DNA from: Sphingomonas sp.
GTDB taxonomy: Bacteria; Pseudomonadota; Alphaproteobacteria; Sphingomonadales; Sphingomonadaceae
Direction of reading: 5' to 3'
Length of the DNA stretch: 64,000 nt
NCBI RefSeq assembly: GCF_025363195.1
Contig: NZ_JANYEK010000048.1
Span: 4,629-68,628, forward strand
Shown here: positions 10,156 through 22,696 of the stretch, one piece after another
How the letters are laid out: each line of letters opens with the position of its first letter
Numbering within the stretch: the stretch's first letter is position 1
Translations under genes and position numbers: made by a program
Notes under the pieces: model-generated
The model's input: only the letters and a program-made list of their open reading frames with translations
What the model was told of the DNA's origin: nothing
The model's database searches: none

Positions 10156-11451
10156 ATGCGAATTCCACTGTTCCTCGTCGCTGCCCTGCTCGCCGTCCCC
10201 GCGCACGCGAAGCTGTCCGCGCCGGAAGCGATCATGGCGAAAACGGTGGATGCCGAATATGAACGCTCGGTCGCCCTGCTGCAAAAGCTGGTCGATCAGA
10301 ATTCCGGTACGATGAACTTCGCCGGGGTCGATGCGGTCGGCAAGATGGTCCGCGCGGAACTCGAACCCTTGGGCTTCACCGTCGTCTGGAAGCCGATGAA
10401 TGCCGCGCACCGCGCCGGGCACATCGTTGCGACGCGCAAGGGCAAGATTGGCGCGAAACGACTGTTGCTGATCGGCCATCTCGATACGGTGTTCGAAAAG
10501 GATTCCGCGTTCCAGAAGTTCATGCGTCATGGCGAGAAGGCGGAAGGCCCCGGCGCGGGCGATGACAAAGGCGGGATGGTCGTGATCATCGCTGCCCTGC
10601 GCGCGATGAAAGCCGCCGGTACGCTGGACGCGGCGAATTTCGAGATCGTGCTAACCGGCGACGAAGAAGATTCGGGTGACCCGATCGCGGTAGCCCGCGC
10701 CGATCTGATCGCGGCCGGCAAGCGCGCCGATGCCGCACTCGATTTCGAGGGACTGTTCGTCGAGGATGGTAAGGACATGGGCTCGATCGCCCGGCGCTCC
10801 TCGAACAGCTGGACGCTGACCACCAGCGGCAAGACCGGTCATTCCTCGCTCATCTTCAACGCGACGTTCGGCGATGGCGCGATCAACGAACTGGCGCGCA
10901 TCCTCGCCGCCTTCCGCACCGAACTGCCCGAGCCGAACCTGACCTTCAACACCGGCATCGTGGCGGGCGGCGCAACGGCCGCGCTCGACGCCGACGGAGT
11001 GCGCGCCACCGCGACGGGGAAGACCAATATCATCCCCTCCACCGCGATCGCACGCGGCGATTTCCGCACCCTGTGCGGGGAGCAGACCGCGCGGGTAAAG
11101 GCGAAGATGGCGGCGATCGTCGCCCAACACGCGCCCGGTACCGACGCCAGGATCGTGTTCGAACCCGGAGGTTATCCGGCGATGGCCCCGACCGCAGGCA
11201 ACCGCGCACTGCTCGCAAAACTCAACGGCGTGAATGCAGATCTCGGTCTTGCCGAAATGGCGCCGCTCGATCCGCTCCGGCGTGGTGCGGGCGACATTTC
11301 GTTCGTGGCGAAGGATGTGGACGGGCTGATCGGCCTCGGCACCGCCAGCACGGGCGACCACGCACCTGGCGAAACTGTCGATCTATCGAGCATCAAGCGG
11401 CAGGCAAAGCGCGCGGCGATCCTGATGACGCGGCTGGGCAGCGGGCGCTAA
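10156..11451 (+). CDS. Secreted M20/M25/M40 metallopeptidase (carboxypeptidase G2-like)
   Basis: Signal peptide, GHLDTV, DDKGG, GDEE and C-terminal H (DHAPGE). Confidence 0.9.
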   Translation: MRIPLFLVAALLAVPAHAKLSAPEAIMAKTVDAEYERSVALLQKLVDQNSGTMNFAGVDAVGKMVRAELEPLGFTVVWKPMNAAHRAGHIVATRKGKIGAKRLLLIGHLDTVFEKDSAFQKFMRHGEKAEGPGAGDDKGGMVVIIAALRAMKAAGTLDAANFEIVLTGDEEDSGDPIAVARADLIAAGKRADAALDFEGLFVEDGKDMGSIARRSSNSWTLTTSGKTGHSSLIFNATFGDGAINELARILAAFRTELPEPNLTFNTGIVAGGATAALDADGVRATATGKTNIIPSTAIARGDFRTLCGEQTARVKAKMAAIVAQHAPGTDARIVFEPGGYPAMAPTAGNRALLAKLNGVNADLGLAEMAPLDPLRRGAGDISFVAKDVDGLIGLGTASTGDHAPGETVDLSSIKRQAKRAAILMTRLGSGR

Positions 11452-11453
11452 GC

Positions 11454-11825
11454 TCAGCCCGCCGCCAGCGGCTCATCCCGCAACAACCCGAGCAGGTCCC
11501 CCATCGGCTCGCCATCCGCCGCCGCCTGCAACCGTCTCTCCAGCGCGCGGTAGGCGGAGAGCACCTCGCGCCCCATCGGCGTCAATCTTGCGCCCCGGCC
11601 CGCGCCACCACCGGCCGTCGTGTCGACCAGCCGCTCCTTCCAGCATCGGTTCATCTCATCGGCCAACAGCCACGTACGCCGATAGCTCATACCAAGCGTC
11701 CGCCCCGCCGCCGAAATCGATCCCTCACCGTCGATCGCCTCGAGCAGATCCGCCTTGCCCGGCCCCATCGCTAGCTCATCGCCGCAATAGACCTGCGCCT
11801 TCAGCTTCAGCGCGCCGATCCGCAT
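11454..11825 (-). CDS. modE: ModE N-terminal winged-helix regulator
   Basis: GPGKADLLEAI...GSISAAGRTLGMSYRRTW...GG..GRGARLT. No Mop domains. Confidence 0.85.
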   Translation of the reverse strand: MRIGALKLKAQVYCGDELAMGPGKADLLEAIDGEGSISAAGRTLGMSYRRTWLLADEMNRCWKERLVDTTAGGGAGRGARLTPMGREVLSAYRALERRLQAAADGEPMGDLLGLLRDEPLAAG

Positions 11826-11826
11826 G

Positions 11827-12033
11827 TTACTTGCCGATCATCACGTCGCTGGCCTTCACGATCACCGTCACCACATCGCCCTCGACCAGCCCGAGATCGG
11901 CGATTGCCTCATTGGTGATGCTTGAGGTGACGAGATTGCCGCCACCGATATCCACTTTCACATTGGCGTTGACCGCACCTGGCGTGACCGAGACGATCGT
12001 GCCGGAAAACTGATTGCGTGCGCTGATCTTCAT
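11827..12033 (-). CDS. mop: Molybdopterin-binding Mop/TOBE protein (molbindin)
   Basis: MKISARNQFSG...SSIT...LGL..GD.V..IVKASDVM, 68 aa, GGAGG SD. Confidence 0.92.
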   Translation of the reverse strand: MKISARNQFSGTIVSVTPGAVNANVKVDIGGGNLVTSSITNEAIADLGLVEGDVVTVIVKASDVMIGK

Positions 12034-12060
12034 AGAATTTTCCTCCATTTCCCTTCCTGC

Positions 12061-12135
12061 CGTTCGTTTCGAGCGAAGTCGAGGAACCTTGCTTGGTGTT
12101 CGCCGCCTGTTTCTCGGCTGCGCTCGAAACGAACG
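12061..12135. repeat. REP-like inverted repeat, family A
   Basis: CGTTCGTTTCGAGCGAAGTCGAG ... CTCGGCTGCGCTCGAAACGAACG. A degenerate copy lies at 36949-37026. Confidence 0.85.
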
Positions 12136-12186
12136 AGGCAAGAGCATGTGATGACTCGTTAGCCCCCGCCCGCTACACCCCCGGTC

Positions 12187-14256
<2,070 letters not shown>

Positions 14257-14273
14257 GCAGCGACCTTCGCTGA

Positions 14274-14323
14274 TTGTTCTCTTCGAAGGCCGCGCGATAA
14301 ACCAGTCCTTCGCAGGAGAACAA
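14274..14323. repeat. Degenerate REP-like inverted repeat between convergent nadE and qor
   Basis: TTGTTCTCTTCGAAGG ... CCTTCGCAGGAGAACAA. Confidence 0.6.
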
Positions 14324-14350
14324 GACAACCTCAGCAATTACCCCTTATTC

Positions 14351-15325
14351 TCAAGGCAGCAGAACCGTCGCCCCTTTGGTCCGCCCAGCCTCCAGCGCGC
14401 GGTGCGCATCCGCTGCGTGCTCCAGAGCAAACGTCTGTCCGATCTCCGGCCTAATCGCCCCCTTGGCCAGCATCTCGAACACCCGGTCCACGCCCGCCTG
14501 CCGCTCTTCCGGCGTGATATAATAATCGAACAGGGTCGGGCGCGAGACGAACAGCGAACCGTTCCGCGCCAGCACCCCGAGATTGACCCCGTCCACCGCG
14601 CCGCTGGCATTGCCATAGCTCACGATCAGCCCGCGCCGCTTGGTGCTGGCGAGAGACACCTCCCACATCGCCTTGCCGACGCCATCGAGTGCCACGTCCA
14701 CGCCCCTGCCCCCGGTCAGCGCGCGGACTTCTTTCGCGACATCGATCTGCTTGTGCAGCAACACATGGTCCGCACCCGCGTCTCGCGCCTGCGCCGCTTT
14801 CTCCTCTGACCCCACCGTGCCGATCACCGTTGCGCCGATATGCTTCAGCCACCCGACCAGCAGGTGCCCGACCCCACCCGCCGCCGCGTGGACCAACACC
14901 GTCTGCCCGGCCTGTACCTTCGCGCAGCGTTCGATCAGGAATTCGGCCGTGCAGCCTTTTAGGAACAAAGCCGCCGCGATCTTGTCGTCTACACCGTCAG
15001 GAACCTTCATCAACGAAGCTGCCGCCACGTTACGCGCGGTGGAATAGGCCCCATGCGCAGGGCCGAACGTCCCCACCCGATCTCCCACCGCAAGCCCGGA
15101 CACCCCCTCGCCCAGCGCCTCCACAACGCCGACCGCCTCGGAACCAAGCCCGCTCGGCAATTGCGCCGGATACAGCCCGGTGCGGAAGTAAACGTCGATA
15201 TAATTAAGACCCACCGCCGTATTGCGCATCCGCACCTCGCCGGGCGCGGGATCGGGCAGATCCACATCGACCCATTCGATCACGTCGGGGCCACCGATCT
15301 TCGTGATACGGGCTGCGCGGTCCAT
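14351..15325 (-). CDS. qor: NADPH:quinone oxidoreductase
   Basis: GGPDV, GLNYIDVYFRTGLY, HAAAGGVG, YGNASG, RPTL. Confidence 0.92.
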   Translation of the reverse strand: MDRAARITKIGGPDVIEWVDVDLPDPAPGEVRMRNTAVGLNYIDVYFRTGLYPAQLPSGLGSEAVGVVEALGEGVSGLAVGDRVGTFGPAHGAYSTARNVAAASLMKVPDGVDDKIAAALFLKGCTAEFLIERCAKVQAGQTVLVHAAAGGVGHLLVGWLKHIGATVIGTVGSEEKAAQARDAGADHVLLHKQIDVAKEVRALTGGRGVDVALDGVGKAMWEVSLASTKRRGLIVSYGNASGAVDGVNLGVLARNGSLFVSRPTLFDYYITPEERQAGVDRVFEMLAKGAIRPEIGQTFALEHAADAHRALEAGRTKGATVLLP

Positions 15326-15445
15326 CGGTCGATCTCCTGAAACTGTCCGCTGAACGTAGGCGTCGCGTTTCAGGTTGCAACCGATCCCGCGCGACGCCAT
15401 CTACGTGCCAAGCGTACCGCACATTCAAAAAACGTGGAGACGATC

Positions 15446-16870
15446 ATGAAAAGCTACCTCAAGCATTATATTAATGGCTCTTGGGTCGAGAGCGACGGCG
15501 GCACGCGGCATGAGGTGATCGATCCCTCCACCGAGCAGCCGGTCAGCGAGATTTCGTTGGGCAGCCAAGCCGATGTCGACAAGGCCGTCGCCGCCGCGAA
15601 AACCGCCTTCAAAAGCTACTCGCAAACCTCGGTCGCCGAGCGCGTCGCGCTGCTCGAACGCATCATCGAGGAATATAAGGTGCGCATGCCCGATCTGGCA
15701 GCGGCGACGTCGGAGGAAATGGGCGCGCCGATCGGCTTTGCCAACGCGGCACAAGCCCCCGCTGGCCTCGGCTATTTCATGGGCACGCTGAAGGCATTGC
15801 AGGAATTCGAATTCTCGGAACGCGTCGGCAAGAACCGCGCGGTACACGAGCCGCTCGGCGTCGTGGCGATGATCACACCGTGGAATTGGCCGCTCAACCA
15901 GATCTGCGCCAAGGTCGCCCCAGCACTCGCCGCCGGCGACACGATGATTCTGAAGCCATCCGAAGAAGCACCGGGCTGCGCGGTGATCCTGGCCGAAATC
16001 CTCGACAAGGCCGGCGTACCGGCGGGCGTGTTCAACCTTGTCAACGGTGATGGTCCCGGCGTCGGCGCAGCACTCTCCACGCACAAGCATGTCGACATGG
16101 TCAGCTTCACCGGGTCGACCCGCGCGGGTATCGCGGTCGCGACCGCTGCCGCCGCGACCGTCAAGCGCGTTCACCAGGAACTGGGCGGCAAGGCCCCCAA
16201 CCTCGTGCTGAAGGGTGCCGATCTCGCCACCGTCCTGCCGCCGACGGTCAGCGGCGTGCTGGTCAATAGCGGCCAGAGCTGCATCGCCCCCACCCGCCTG
16301 CTCGTCCACAAGAGCCAGACTGCGGAAGCGGTGAATGTCGTCAAGAGCATCATGGAAGCGACCAAGGTCGATGCGGCCAGCGTGATGGGCGCGCATATCG
16401 GCCCGGTCGTCAACAAGGCCCAGTTCGACAAGATCCAGGGCCTGATCCAGTCCGCGATCGACGAAGGCGCAACGCTCGTCACCGGTGGCACCGGCCGGCC
16501 CGACGGGCGCAACGCCGGTTTCTTCGTGCGCCCGACGTTGTTCGCCGACGTCACGCCCGAGATGCGCATCTACCGCGAGGAAGTGTTCGGCCCGGTCGCG
16601 ACGATCACCAGCTATGACGATCATGAGCAGGCGATCGAGATGGCCAACGACACCGATTACGGCCTGTCCGCCACGATCTCCGGCGATCCCGCGGAAGCGG
16701 CCAAGGTCGCCCCGTTGTTGCGCGCGGGAATGGTGACGATCAATGCGTGGAGCGGCGGTGGCGGCACCCCGTTCGGCGGCTACAAGCAATCCGGCAATGG
16801 CCGCGAGGGCGGCAAATACGGGCTGGCCGACTTCATGGAATTGAAGGCGATCGTCGGCGAACCCGCCTGA
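15446..16870 (+). CDS. Aldehyde dehydrogenase
   Basis: ITPWNWP, FTGS, ELGGK, GQSC, EEVFGP, PFGGYKQSG. Confidence 0.95.
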   Translation: MKSYLKHYINGSWVESDGGTRHEVIDPSTEQPVSEISLGSQADVDKAVAAAKTAFKSYSQTSVAERVALLERIIEEYKVRMPDLAAATSEEMGAPIGFANAAQAPAGLGYFMGTLKALQEFEFSERVGKNRAVHEPLGVVAMITPWNWPLNQICAKVAPALAAGDTMILKPSEEAPGCAVILAEILDKAGVPAGVFNLVNGDGPGVGAALSTHKHVDMVSFTGSTRAGIAVATAAAATVKRVHQELGGKAPNLVLKGADLATVLPPTVSGVLVNSGQSCIAPTRLLVHKSQTAEAVNVVKSIMEATKVDAASVMGAHIGPVVNKAQFDKIQGLIQSAIDEGATLVTGGTGRPDGRNAGFFVRPTLFADVTPEMRIYREEVFGPVATITSYDDHEQAIEMANDTDYGLSATISGDPAEAAKVAPLLRAGMVTINAWSGGGGTPFGGYKQSGNGREGGKYGLADFMELKAIVGEPA

Positions 16871-16881
16871 GGATGTTCTTG

Positions 16882-16960
16882 GCCCTCTCCCGTTCTTCAC
16901 GGGAGAGGGTTGGGAGAGGGCGTTCTGCCTTGCTGTCCTACAGCCCAGTAGGGAGGGGTT
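16882..16960. repeat. CCCTCTCCC...GGGAGAGGG repeat, family C (possible terminator role)
   Basis: CCCTCTCCCG-TTCTTCA-CGGGAGAGGG hairpin followed by TTGGGAGAGGG. Related to the element in rnr. Confidence 0.7.
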
Positions 16961-17005
16961 TGCGCGGATTGACCGCGATATGCCCGCGCCCTAGCTTCGC
17001 TCGAT

Positions 17006-17797
17006 ATGACCGAAACGATCACCTACCGCAGCTATCTCGCCTTGCCCGACCTGCTGGCATGCCAGCGCCCGCTGACCGAAGCCCATGACGAACTGCTGTT
17101 CATCGCGATCCACCAGGCGTCCGAGATCTGGCTGAAGCTCGCGCTCCATGAACTGCGCGCCGCCCGCCAGCACATCATCGATGACGATCTCGCCCCCGCC
17201 TTCAAGATGATGGCGCGGGTCGCGCGCATCCAGGCGCAGATGATCCAGAGCTGGGAAGTCCTCGCGACGATGACCCCGGCGGACTATACGACGATGCGCG
17301 GTCGCCTCGGCACCAGTTCCGGCTTCCAGTCCGATCAATATCGCGAGATCGAATTCATGCTCGGCAACAAGAACGCCGAGATGGTCCAGCTCCATGTCGA
17401 CGAGCCCGAGGTGCATCAGCGGCTCAGGGCGGCCTTGAACGCTCCCAGCCTGTACGACGAAGCGCTCGAACTGCTCGCCCGGCGCGGGTTCGCAATACCC
17501 GCGGACCGGCTGCAGCGCGATGTGACGCTGCCCTATGTCGGCTCATCCGAAGTCGAGGCGGCTTGGGCGATGGTCTATGCGCACCCCAACACATATTGGG
17601 ACCTGTACGAACTCGCCGAAAAGCTCGTCGATATCGAATACCACGTCCAGCTCTGGCGCTTCGGCCATCTGAAAACGGTCGAGCGCGTCATCGGCTTCAA
17701 GACCGGCACCGGCGGCACGGCAGGCGTGCACTATCTCGCCAAGGTTCTGGAGACGACGTTCTTCCCCGAGCTGCTCAGTGTGCGCACCCGGCTTTAA
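17006..17797 (+). CDS. kynA: Tryptophan 2,3-dioxygenase
   Basis: YRSYL, HDELLFIAIHQASEIW, SSGFQS, GTGGTAG, FFPEL. Confidence 0.95.
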   Translation: MTETITYRSYLALPDLLACQRPLTEAHDELLFIAIHQASEIWLKLALHELRAARQHIIDDDLAPAFKMMARVARIQAQMIQSWEVLATMTPADYTTMRGRLGTSSGFQSDQYREIEFMLGNKNAEMVQLHVDEPEVHQRLRAALNAPSLYDEALELLARRGFAIPADRLQRDVTLPYVGSSEVEAAWAMVYAHPNTYWDLYELAEKLVDIEYHVQLWRFGHLKTVERVIGFKTGTGGTAGVHYLAKVLETTFFPELLSVRTRL

Positions 17798-17975
17798 TGC
17801 GCCGGGCAAATCCACAGGGTCGGCGGTTACGTCGACCCGCAGTACCATCATCGCCTCGTCAGGCCTCATCCTCTGGAGGATGCGTCGGGCAGGACTGAAC
17901 CGATTAGGGGCGATTGCGAAACAATGTCCCTCACCGGACTGGCGCAGCGCATAAAAAATCGTCACCACTGCGGTC

Positions 17976-18536
17976 ATGTCGATCGAACTGCTCATCACTC
18001 GCTACGGCCTCGCCGCCGTCTTCCTCGGCGCAGGAATCGAGGGCGAAACGATGGTCGTCACCGGCGGATTGCTCGCGCATGGCGGGTTGATGCCGGTCAC
18101 CGGCGTGGCGATCGCCGCCGCCGCGGGGTCGTTCGTTGCCGACCAACTGTTCTTCGCTGCCGGACGCCGCTTCCGTGACCATCCGCGCGTCAGGAAGATC
18201 GAGGCGAAGCCCGCTTTCGCCACGGCGCTCGGCCTGTTCGAGCGGCACCCGACCGCGTTCGTCTTCGGCTTCCGCTTCCTCTATGGTCTGCGCACCGTCA
18301 GCCCGATGGCGATCGGCACCACCAGCATCCGCACCAGCACCTTTGCCGCATTGAACGCGGCCGCGGCCGTCGTTTGGGCAATCGTATTCACCGCCATCGG
18401 CTTCGTCTTCGCCGACGGGATCGAACAGGTGTTCGGCAAGATGAAATCGATCGAACATATCGCGATCGGCGTGGGCATCGCCGCTGCGCTACTCGTCGGG
18501 ATGGTACAACTGGTCCGCTGGTGGCGGCGCGCTTAA
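17976..18536 (+). CDS. DedA family membrane protein
   Basis: EGE, DQ..F..GR, FRFLYGLR motifs. Stop overlaps the tamB stop (TTAA). Confidence 0.9.
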   Translation: MSIELLITRYGLAAVFLGAGIEGETMVVTGGLLAHGGLMPVTGVAIAAAAGSFVADQLFFAAGRRFRDHPRVRKIEAKPAFATALGLFERHPTAFVFGFRFLYGLRTVSPMAIGTTSIRTSTFAALNAAAAVVWAIVFTAIGFVFADGIEQVFGKMKSIEHIAIGVGIAAALLVGMVQLVRWWRRA

Positions 18537-21500
18537 TAATCTTTCGATACCCGCACGTTCGCGCTCTGCCGCCCAAGCGTGGAAATGCTCGATAACAACG
18601 ACAGCCAGCGCGTTACCTGATATTCCACCTGGGTCGCGGAATAGCCCGCGCCGTCGGTGATGATCTCCGCGAACAGCCGCCGCGTGATGTATTTCCCCGC
18701 CGCCACCGACGTGCCCTGCCCAGTCTGCGGATCGGCCGGCAGGATGCGGAGCCGGTCCAGCCCCGCCGCGCGCCGGACCGCGTTGATCGGGTTGAGCCCG
18801 CCGCCGCCATTCTGCAACGCCGCCACCGCCGCCGCCAATTGCAACGCCTCGGGTGCCGACAAATTGGTGATCGACGTGCCGAACAACAGGCGGGAAAGCA
18901 GTTCGTCCTGGGGCAAAGCCGGCACGCTGGAGAAATTGATCTCCGGCTTCACCGCGTTTCCCGTCACCCGTATCGTCGCGTTCAGGCCCGTCGTCCCGGC
19001 ATTGGCGGCGATATCCAGCGACGGATTGGCCGGCACAGACCCGTCGAACAGGATGATGCCGCGCTCCAGGCCGAACTCGCGGCCCGCAAATTCATAATTG
19101 CCGCGCACCAGATCGGCCCGCCCGGTGATTGCGGGGTTTTCCGGCTCACCACCGATCTTCAGATCCGCCGACCATTCACTCGCCAGGCCGAGGCCACTAA
19201 CCTTCAGCGCCTTGGGCGCCCGCGCATGCACGTCCAGCCGCCACGGCTTGCGGACCACATCGTCCCCGGCATCCAGACCGCCTGGCACGTTGATCTCGCG
19301 CAGATTGAGCCGCGGCACCGCGCTCGCCACCGTCGCCCGGCCCAGTCGGTAGCGGCTATCGTTCAATTTCACATCGCCCGAAATCACTCCGCCCGATCCG
19401 TCCGACTTGAAGCTGATCGGCCCGGTCACTGTCGCCCCGATATCGTCCCGGTTGATCAGTGCCGCACGATCGGCCTGCAACTTCACATCGATGCCGAAGC
19501 CATTGGTGGCGGACAGATCGAAGATGCCGCTGCCCGTAACCTTGCCGTTCTTGCCCGCATCGGCGGTGAAGCTCGGGATGGTCAGCCGCGATCCGCCGAA
19601 CGTGCCGTTGGCCTGCACGTTGGTCAGCACCGTACCGGTCGTGCCGCTCTCGATCTTCGCGCCGCGCGCCTGCACGACGCCACGAATGCGCGGATCGTTG
19701 ACCTTGCCGGTCAGATCGGCGGCGATCGCGACCGGCCCGGTCAGGTCGAACAATTCGATATTGGCGAGGCGCCACAGCGTATCCGCCGGGCCAGTATAGC
19801 GCAGCTGGGCGAACAAAGCGGCGTTGCTCAACCGGCTGGTGAAATCCCCCGCGCCGAGCGGCATCAATTGTGCCTGCGCCCGGCCGACTGTCTTCCCCCC
19901 GCTCGCCATCACCGCGCGCGCCACCGCCTTGTTCGGTTGCAGAACGGCAGCGATACCGACATCGATCGGCTGCGACGACAGCACCAGCCCGGACCGCGTC
20001 AGCCCGTGCACCGTCATGTCGATCCGCCCGGTCGGTGCCTGCTCTCCGCCTTGCGCATAGGATAATTTCCCCGAGGCGCTGCCGCCCAGCCCAAGGCCCG
20101 GATAGCCGATATCGAGGATCGCCAGCGGCATCCGTGTCAAGCTCGCGTCGATCGCGCTCGACGTGCCGGTAAAGCGCCCGCCGACTTCCGCCGTACCCCC
20201 GGCAAAGCTGAGTTGCGTCAGAGCGATGCGCCATCCATCTCCATCGCGGGTAACGATGGCGGGCGTGAGCAGCTTGAGCGGTCGTCGGTCGAGCGTCCCT
20301 TCCGCCGCGACGCTGTAGCGGTCCGGCGTAACCTGCGTGATCGTCTGGATATCGAACGCCCGGCCACGATTGCCCGCGATCGACGCCGTCACCTGCCCCA
20401 CGCCACCGCGCAGCTTGGCGTTGGCGGCAAAGCGCCCGAGGATCAGCGCTCCACGCCTGAGCCCATTGCCGGTGACGGTCGCCTCGATCGAGGTGCCCGC
20501 CGGATCGAGCAACGCGACCATATCGATCCGCCCGCGCCGAAGTACTATCTGGTCGGCCAGTCTGGCGGAGGCGGCATCGATGTGCGCCTCGATCCGCTGG
20601 ATATCGCTGGCCGGTCGGAACAGTAATTCGCCCGAAAGCCCGCCGCCCGCCACCGCAAGCCGCCCGTCAAAGCCACCGGTCACGACTTTCAGCGCACCAT
20701 TCGCCCGCGTACCCGACACGTCGAGTCGCGCGATCGAAATGGTCGCGTCTCCGCCCTGCGGCAGCAGGATCTCGCCATCGCCGCTGAACGGCCCGATCCG
20801 CGATTGCCCTGTGGCCGTGAAGGCGAACCCGGCCGGATTGGGATCGAGATGCACCGCCACCCCCTCCAGCCCCAGCGCCGCATTCGGGGCCGCGAACATC
20901 AGGTCCAGCGTCGGCTTGTCGATCTTCCCATCAAGCTTCAACGTCAGCGGCCCATAAACAGCCTGCCGCCCGCTGCCCTCGAAATGGAACGTCCCATCGC
21001 GACGGCGAATGCCGGTGCCGCGCAACTGGATCTGCGGCGCGGTCAGCACCAGGTTGCCGAAGTGCAGCACGCCGTCCGTGGTCCGCTCCAGGCCGGTGAC
21101 GATGCGCGGCAAACCGCCGCCCAGCGAGCGGAAGAAGGCATTGTCGAGCCGCACCATCTGCGCGATGCCGGCGCCGATGACGCGCGTCCCATGCCCGTCT
21201 TCTCCAGGCACGACGCGCAGCTTGGTGGTCACATCGACAATGCCAAGCCCCGGAATAAGATACCGCCCGAGCCCACCATTAAGTCCAACCTCATACTCCC
21301 CGGTCTTCAGATCGAGGATGAGGTTGATGCGCCCGTTCAATTTGTCGGAGGACAGCTTCAGATCGGTGCCAGTGACTTCCGCCGCTGTCACTTTGAGCAC
21401 GCCCGCGACGCTCAGATGGCGCAGGATGCCACCTGCGACATCACCCACGCCGGTAACGCGCTGCGCGACCATAACGATCGGCAGGCTGACCGGGGCCCTG

Positions 21501-22696
21501 GAAAAGCGCCCCTTGCCTGCCGCTAAAACGCCCTCGAATCCGGTATCGTCGAACGCGAAGCGATCGGCGGTCAGGCGATAATCGAACGCAGCGGTGGCAA
21601 TCGCCCCATCGAGGATCGCGCGCAATTCGATATTCCGCCCGGTCATGTTGGGGAACAGACCCGACGGTTGCAGCAAATGCGCGACGACGCGCACATTGCG
21701 CAGGGCATTGGCGGCCAGATCGATCGCGCCGGTCGCATCCACCGCCAATGCTGCCGAACGCAGCGACAGCTTGCCCTCCAACCGCCGGTTTAAGAACATC
21801 GCGCCGCCGGTCACCAGCACGCGCGGCGAGCTCAACCGCGCCAGCTTGCCGTGGGTGAACGGCGCCGGGGTCAGCGTGCCACCCAGCGTATAGGCCCCGC
21901 TTTTTGCACCGAGCTTCAGATCGATCGCGCGGATATCGCCGATATCGACCTGCGCCGCGCCGTGCCACGCATTCCAGGTGCCGTCGCCCGACACATCCAG
22001 CGCGATCGGTCGACCAAAGCCCGACATTCGGGCCATCACACCCTGGGCCGTACCACGCGCATGCACCGCGAGATCGAAGCGGTTGCGGTCCGGCTCGGCA
22101 TCCAGTTTCATCGTCAGCGTATCGCTGCCCTGCACGATCGCCGAAAGATCGACCATCGCGCGCCCAGCATGGATATCGGCCCGGCCCCGCAGCTGCGCAT
22201 TGCGCTGAGTACCCGCGACGGACGCGCCAATCGTCAGCCGGTTGATCCGCAACGTGCCGATGCGGATATCGAAATCCGGCAATATCGGCCCGGTCTTTCC
22301 CGTGTTGATCGTTTGCGGCACACGCGCGAAAGCCGCGCGCGGGATGACCAGCCGGCTGATATCGAGCCGGTTCGAAACCCACGCCAACGGCGCCCAGCCC
22401 AGTTCGGCACGCGGCGCAAAGAAGAATACGCCCTTCGGATCGCGGATCCGCACGTCGATCAGCACCGCGTCGGAATATAGCGATCCGTCGATCCGTCCGA
22501 CGCTGTATCGCAGGCCGTTTGACGGATGCTGGCTGGCGATCTGGTTGGTGACCCAGCGATGCCCGACGCTGCTGTCAAGCACGCACAGGACGAAGGCGAG
22601 CAGACCGATCAACCCCAGCACGGCATAGACCGGCCAGCGCCACCAGCCTCCGCCACGCCGCAGCGGCACAACGGTTTCGACCACAGCGTCGGTCAA
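18533..22696 (-). CDS. tamB: Translocation/assembly module TamB
   Basis: 1387 aa with N-terminal TM, a Gly-rich beta body and C-terminal LPQDELLSRLLFG...GKY. Directly downstream of tamA. Confidence 0.9.
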   Translation of the reverse strand: MTDAVVETVVPLRRGGGWWRWPVYAVLGLIGLLAFVLCVLDSSVGHRWVTNQIASQHPSNGLRYSVGRIDGSLYSDAVLIDVRIRDPKGVFFFAPRAELGWAPLAWVSNRLDISRLVIPRAAFARVPQTINTGKTGPILPDFDIRIGTLRINRLTIGASVAGTQRNAQLRGRADIHAGRAMVDLSAIVQGSDTLTMKLDAEPDRNRFDLAVHARGTAQGVMARMSGFGRPIALDVSGDGTWNAWHGAAQVDIGDIRAIDLKLGAKSGAYTLGGTLTPAPFTHGKLARLSSPRVLVTGGAMFLNRRLEGKLSLRSAALAVDATGAIDLAANALRNVRVVAHLLQPSGLFPNMTGRNIELRAILDGAIATAAFDYRLTADRFAFDDTGFEGVLAAGKGRFSRAPVSLPIVMVAQRVTGVGDVAGGILRHLSVAGVLKVTAAEVTGTDLKLSSDKLNGRINLILDLKTGEYEVGLNGGLGRYLIPGLGIVDVTTKLRVVPGEDGHGTRVIGAGIAQMVRLDNAFFRSLGGGLPRIVTGLERTTDGVLHFGNLVLTAPQIQLRGTGIRRRDGTFHFEGSGRQAVYGPLTLKLDGKIDKPTLDLMFAAPNAALGLEGVAVHLDPNPAGFAFTATGQSRIGPFSGDGEILLPQGGDATISIARLDVSGTRANGALKVVTGGFDGRLAVAGGGLSGELLFRPASDIQRIEAHIDAASARLADQIVLRRGRIDMVALLDPAGTSIEATVTGNGLRRGALILGRFAANAKLRGGVGQVTASIAGNRGRAFDIQTITQVTPDRYSVAAEGTLDRRPLKLLTPAIVTRDGDGWRIALTQLSFAGGTAEVGGRFTGTSSAIDASLTRMPLAILDIGYPGLGLGGSASGKLSYAQGGEQAPTGRIDMTVHGLTRSGLVLSSQPIDVGIAAVLQPNKAVARAVMASGGKTVGRAQAQLMPLGAGDFTSRLSNAALFAQLRYTGPADTLWRLANIELFDLTGPVAIAADLTGKVNDPRIRGVVQARGAKIESGTTGTVLTNVQANGTFGGSRLTIPSFTADAGKNGKVTGSGIFDLSATNGFGIDVKLQADRAALINRDDIGATVTGPISFKSDGSGGVISGDVKLNDSRYRLGRATVASAVPRLNLREINVPGGLDAGDDVVRKPWRLDVHARAPKALKVSGLGLASEWSADLKIGGEPENPAITGRADLVRGNYEFAGREFGLERGIILFDGSVPANPSLDIAANAGTTGLNATIRVTGNAVKPEINFSSVPALPQDELLSRLLFGTSITNLSAPEALQLAAAVAALQNGGGGLNPINAVRRAAGLDRLRILPADPQTGQGTSVAAGKYITRRLFAEIITDGAGYSATQVEYQVTRWLSLLSSISTLGRQSANVRVSKDY

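Noticed and set aside
15395-15411. Sigma54-like TGGCAC-N5-TGGC upstream of qor
   Set aside because: The -12 element is weak and nothing else supports it.
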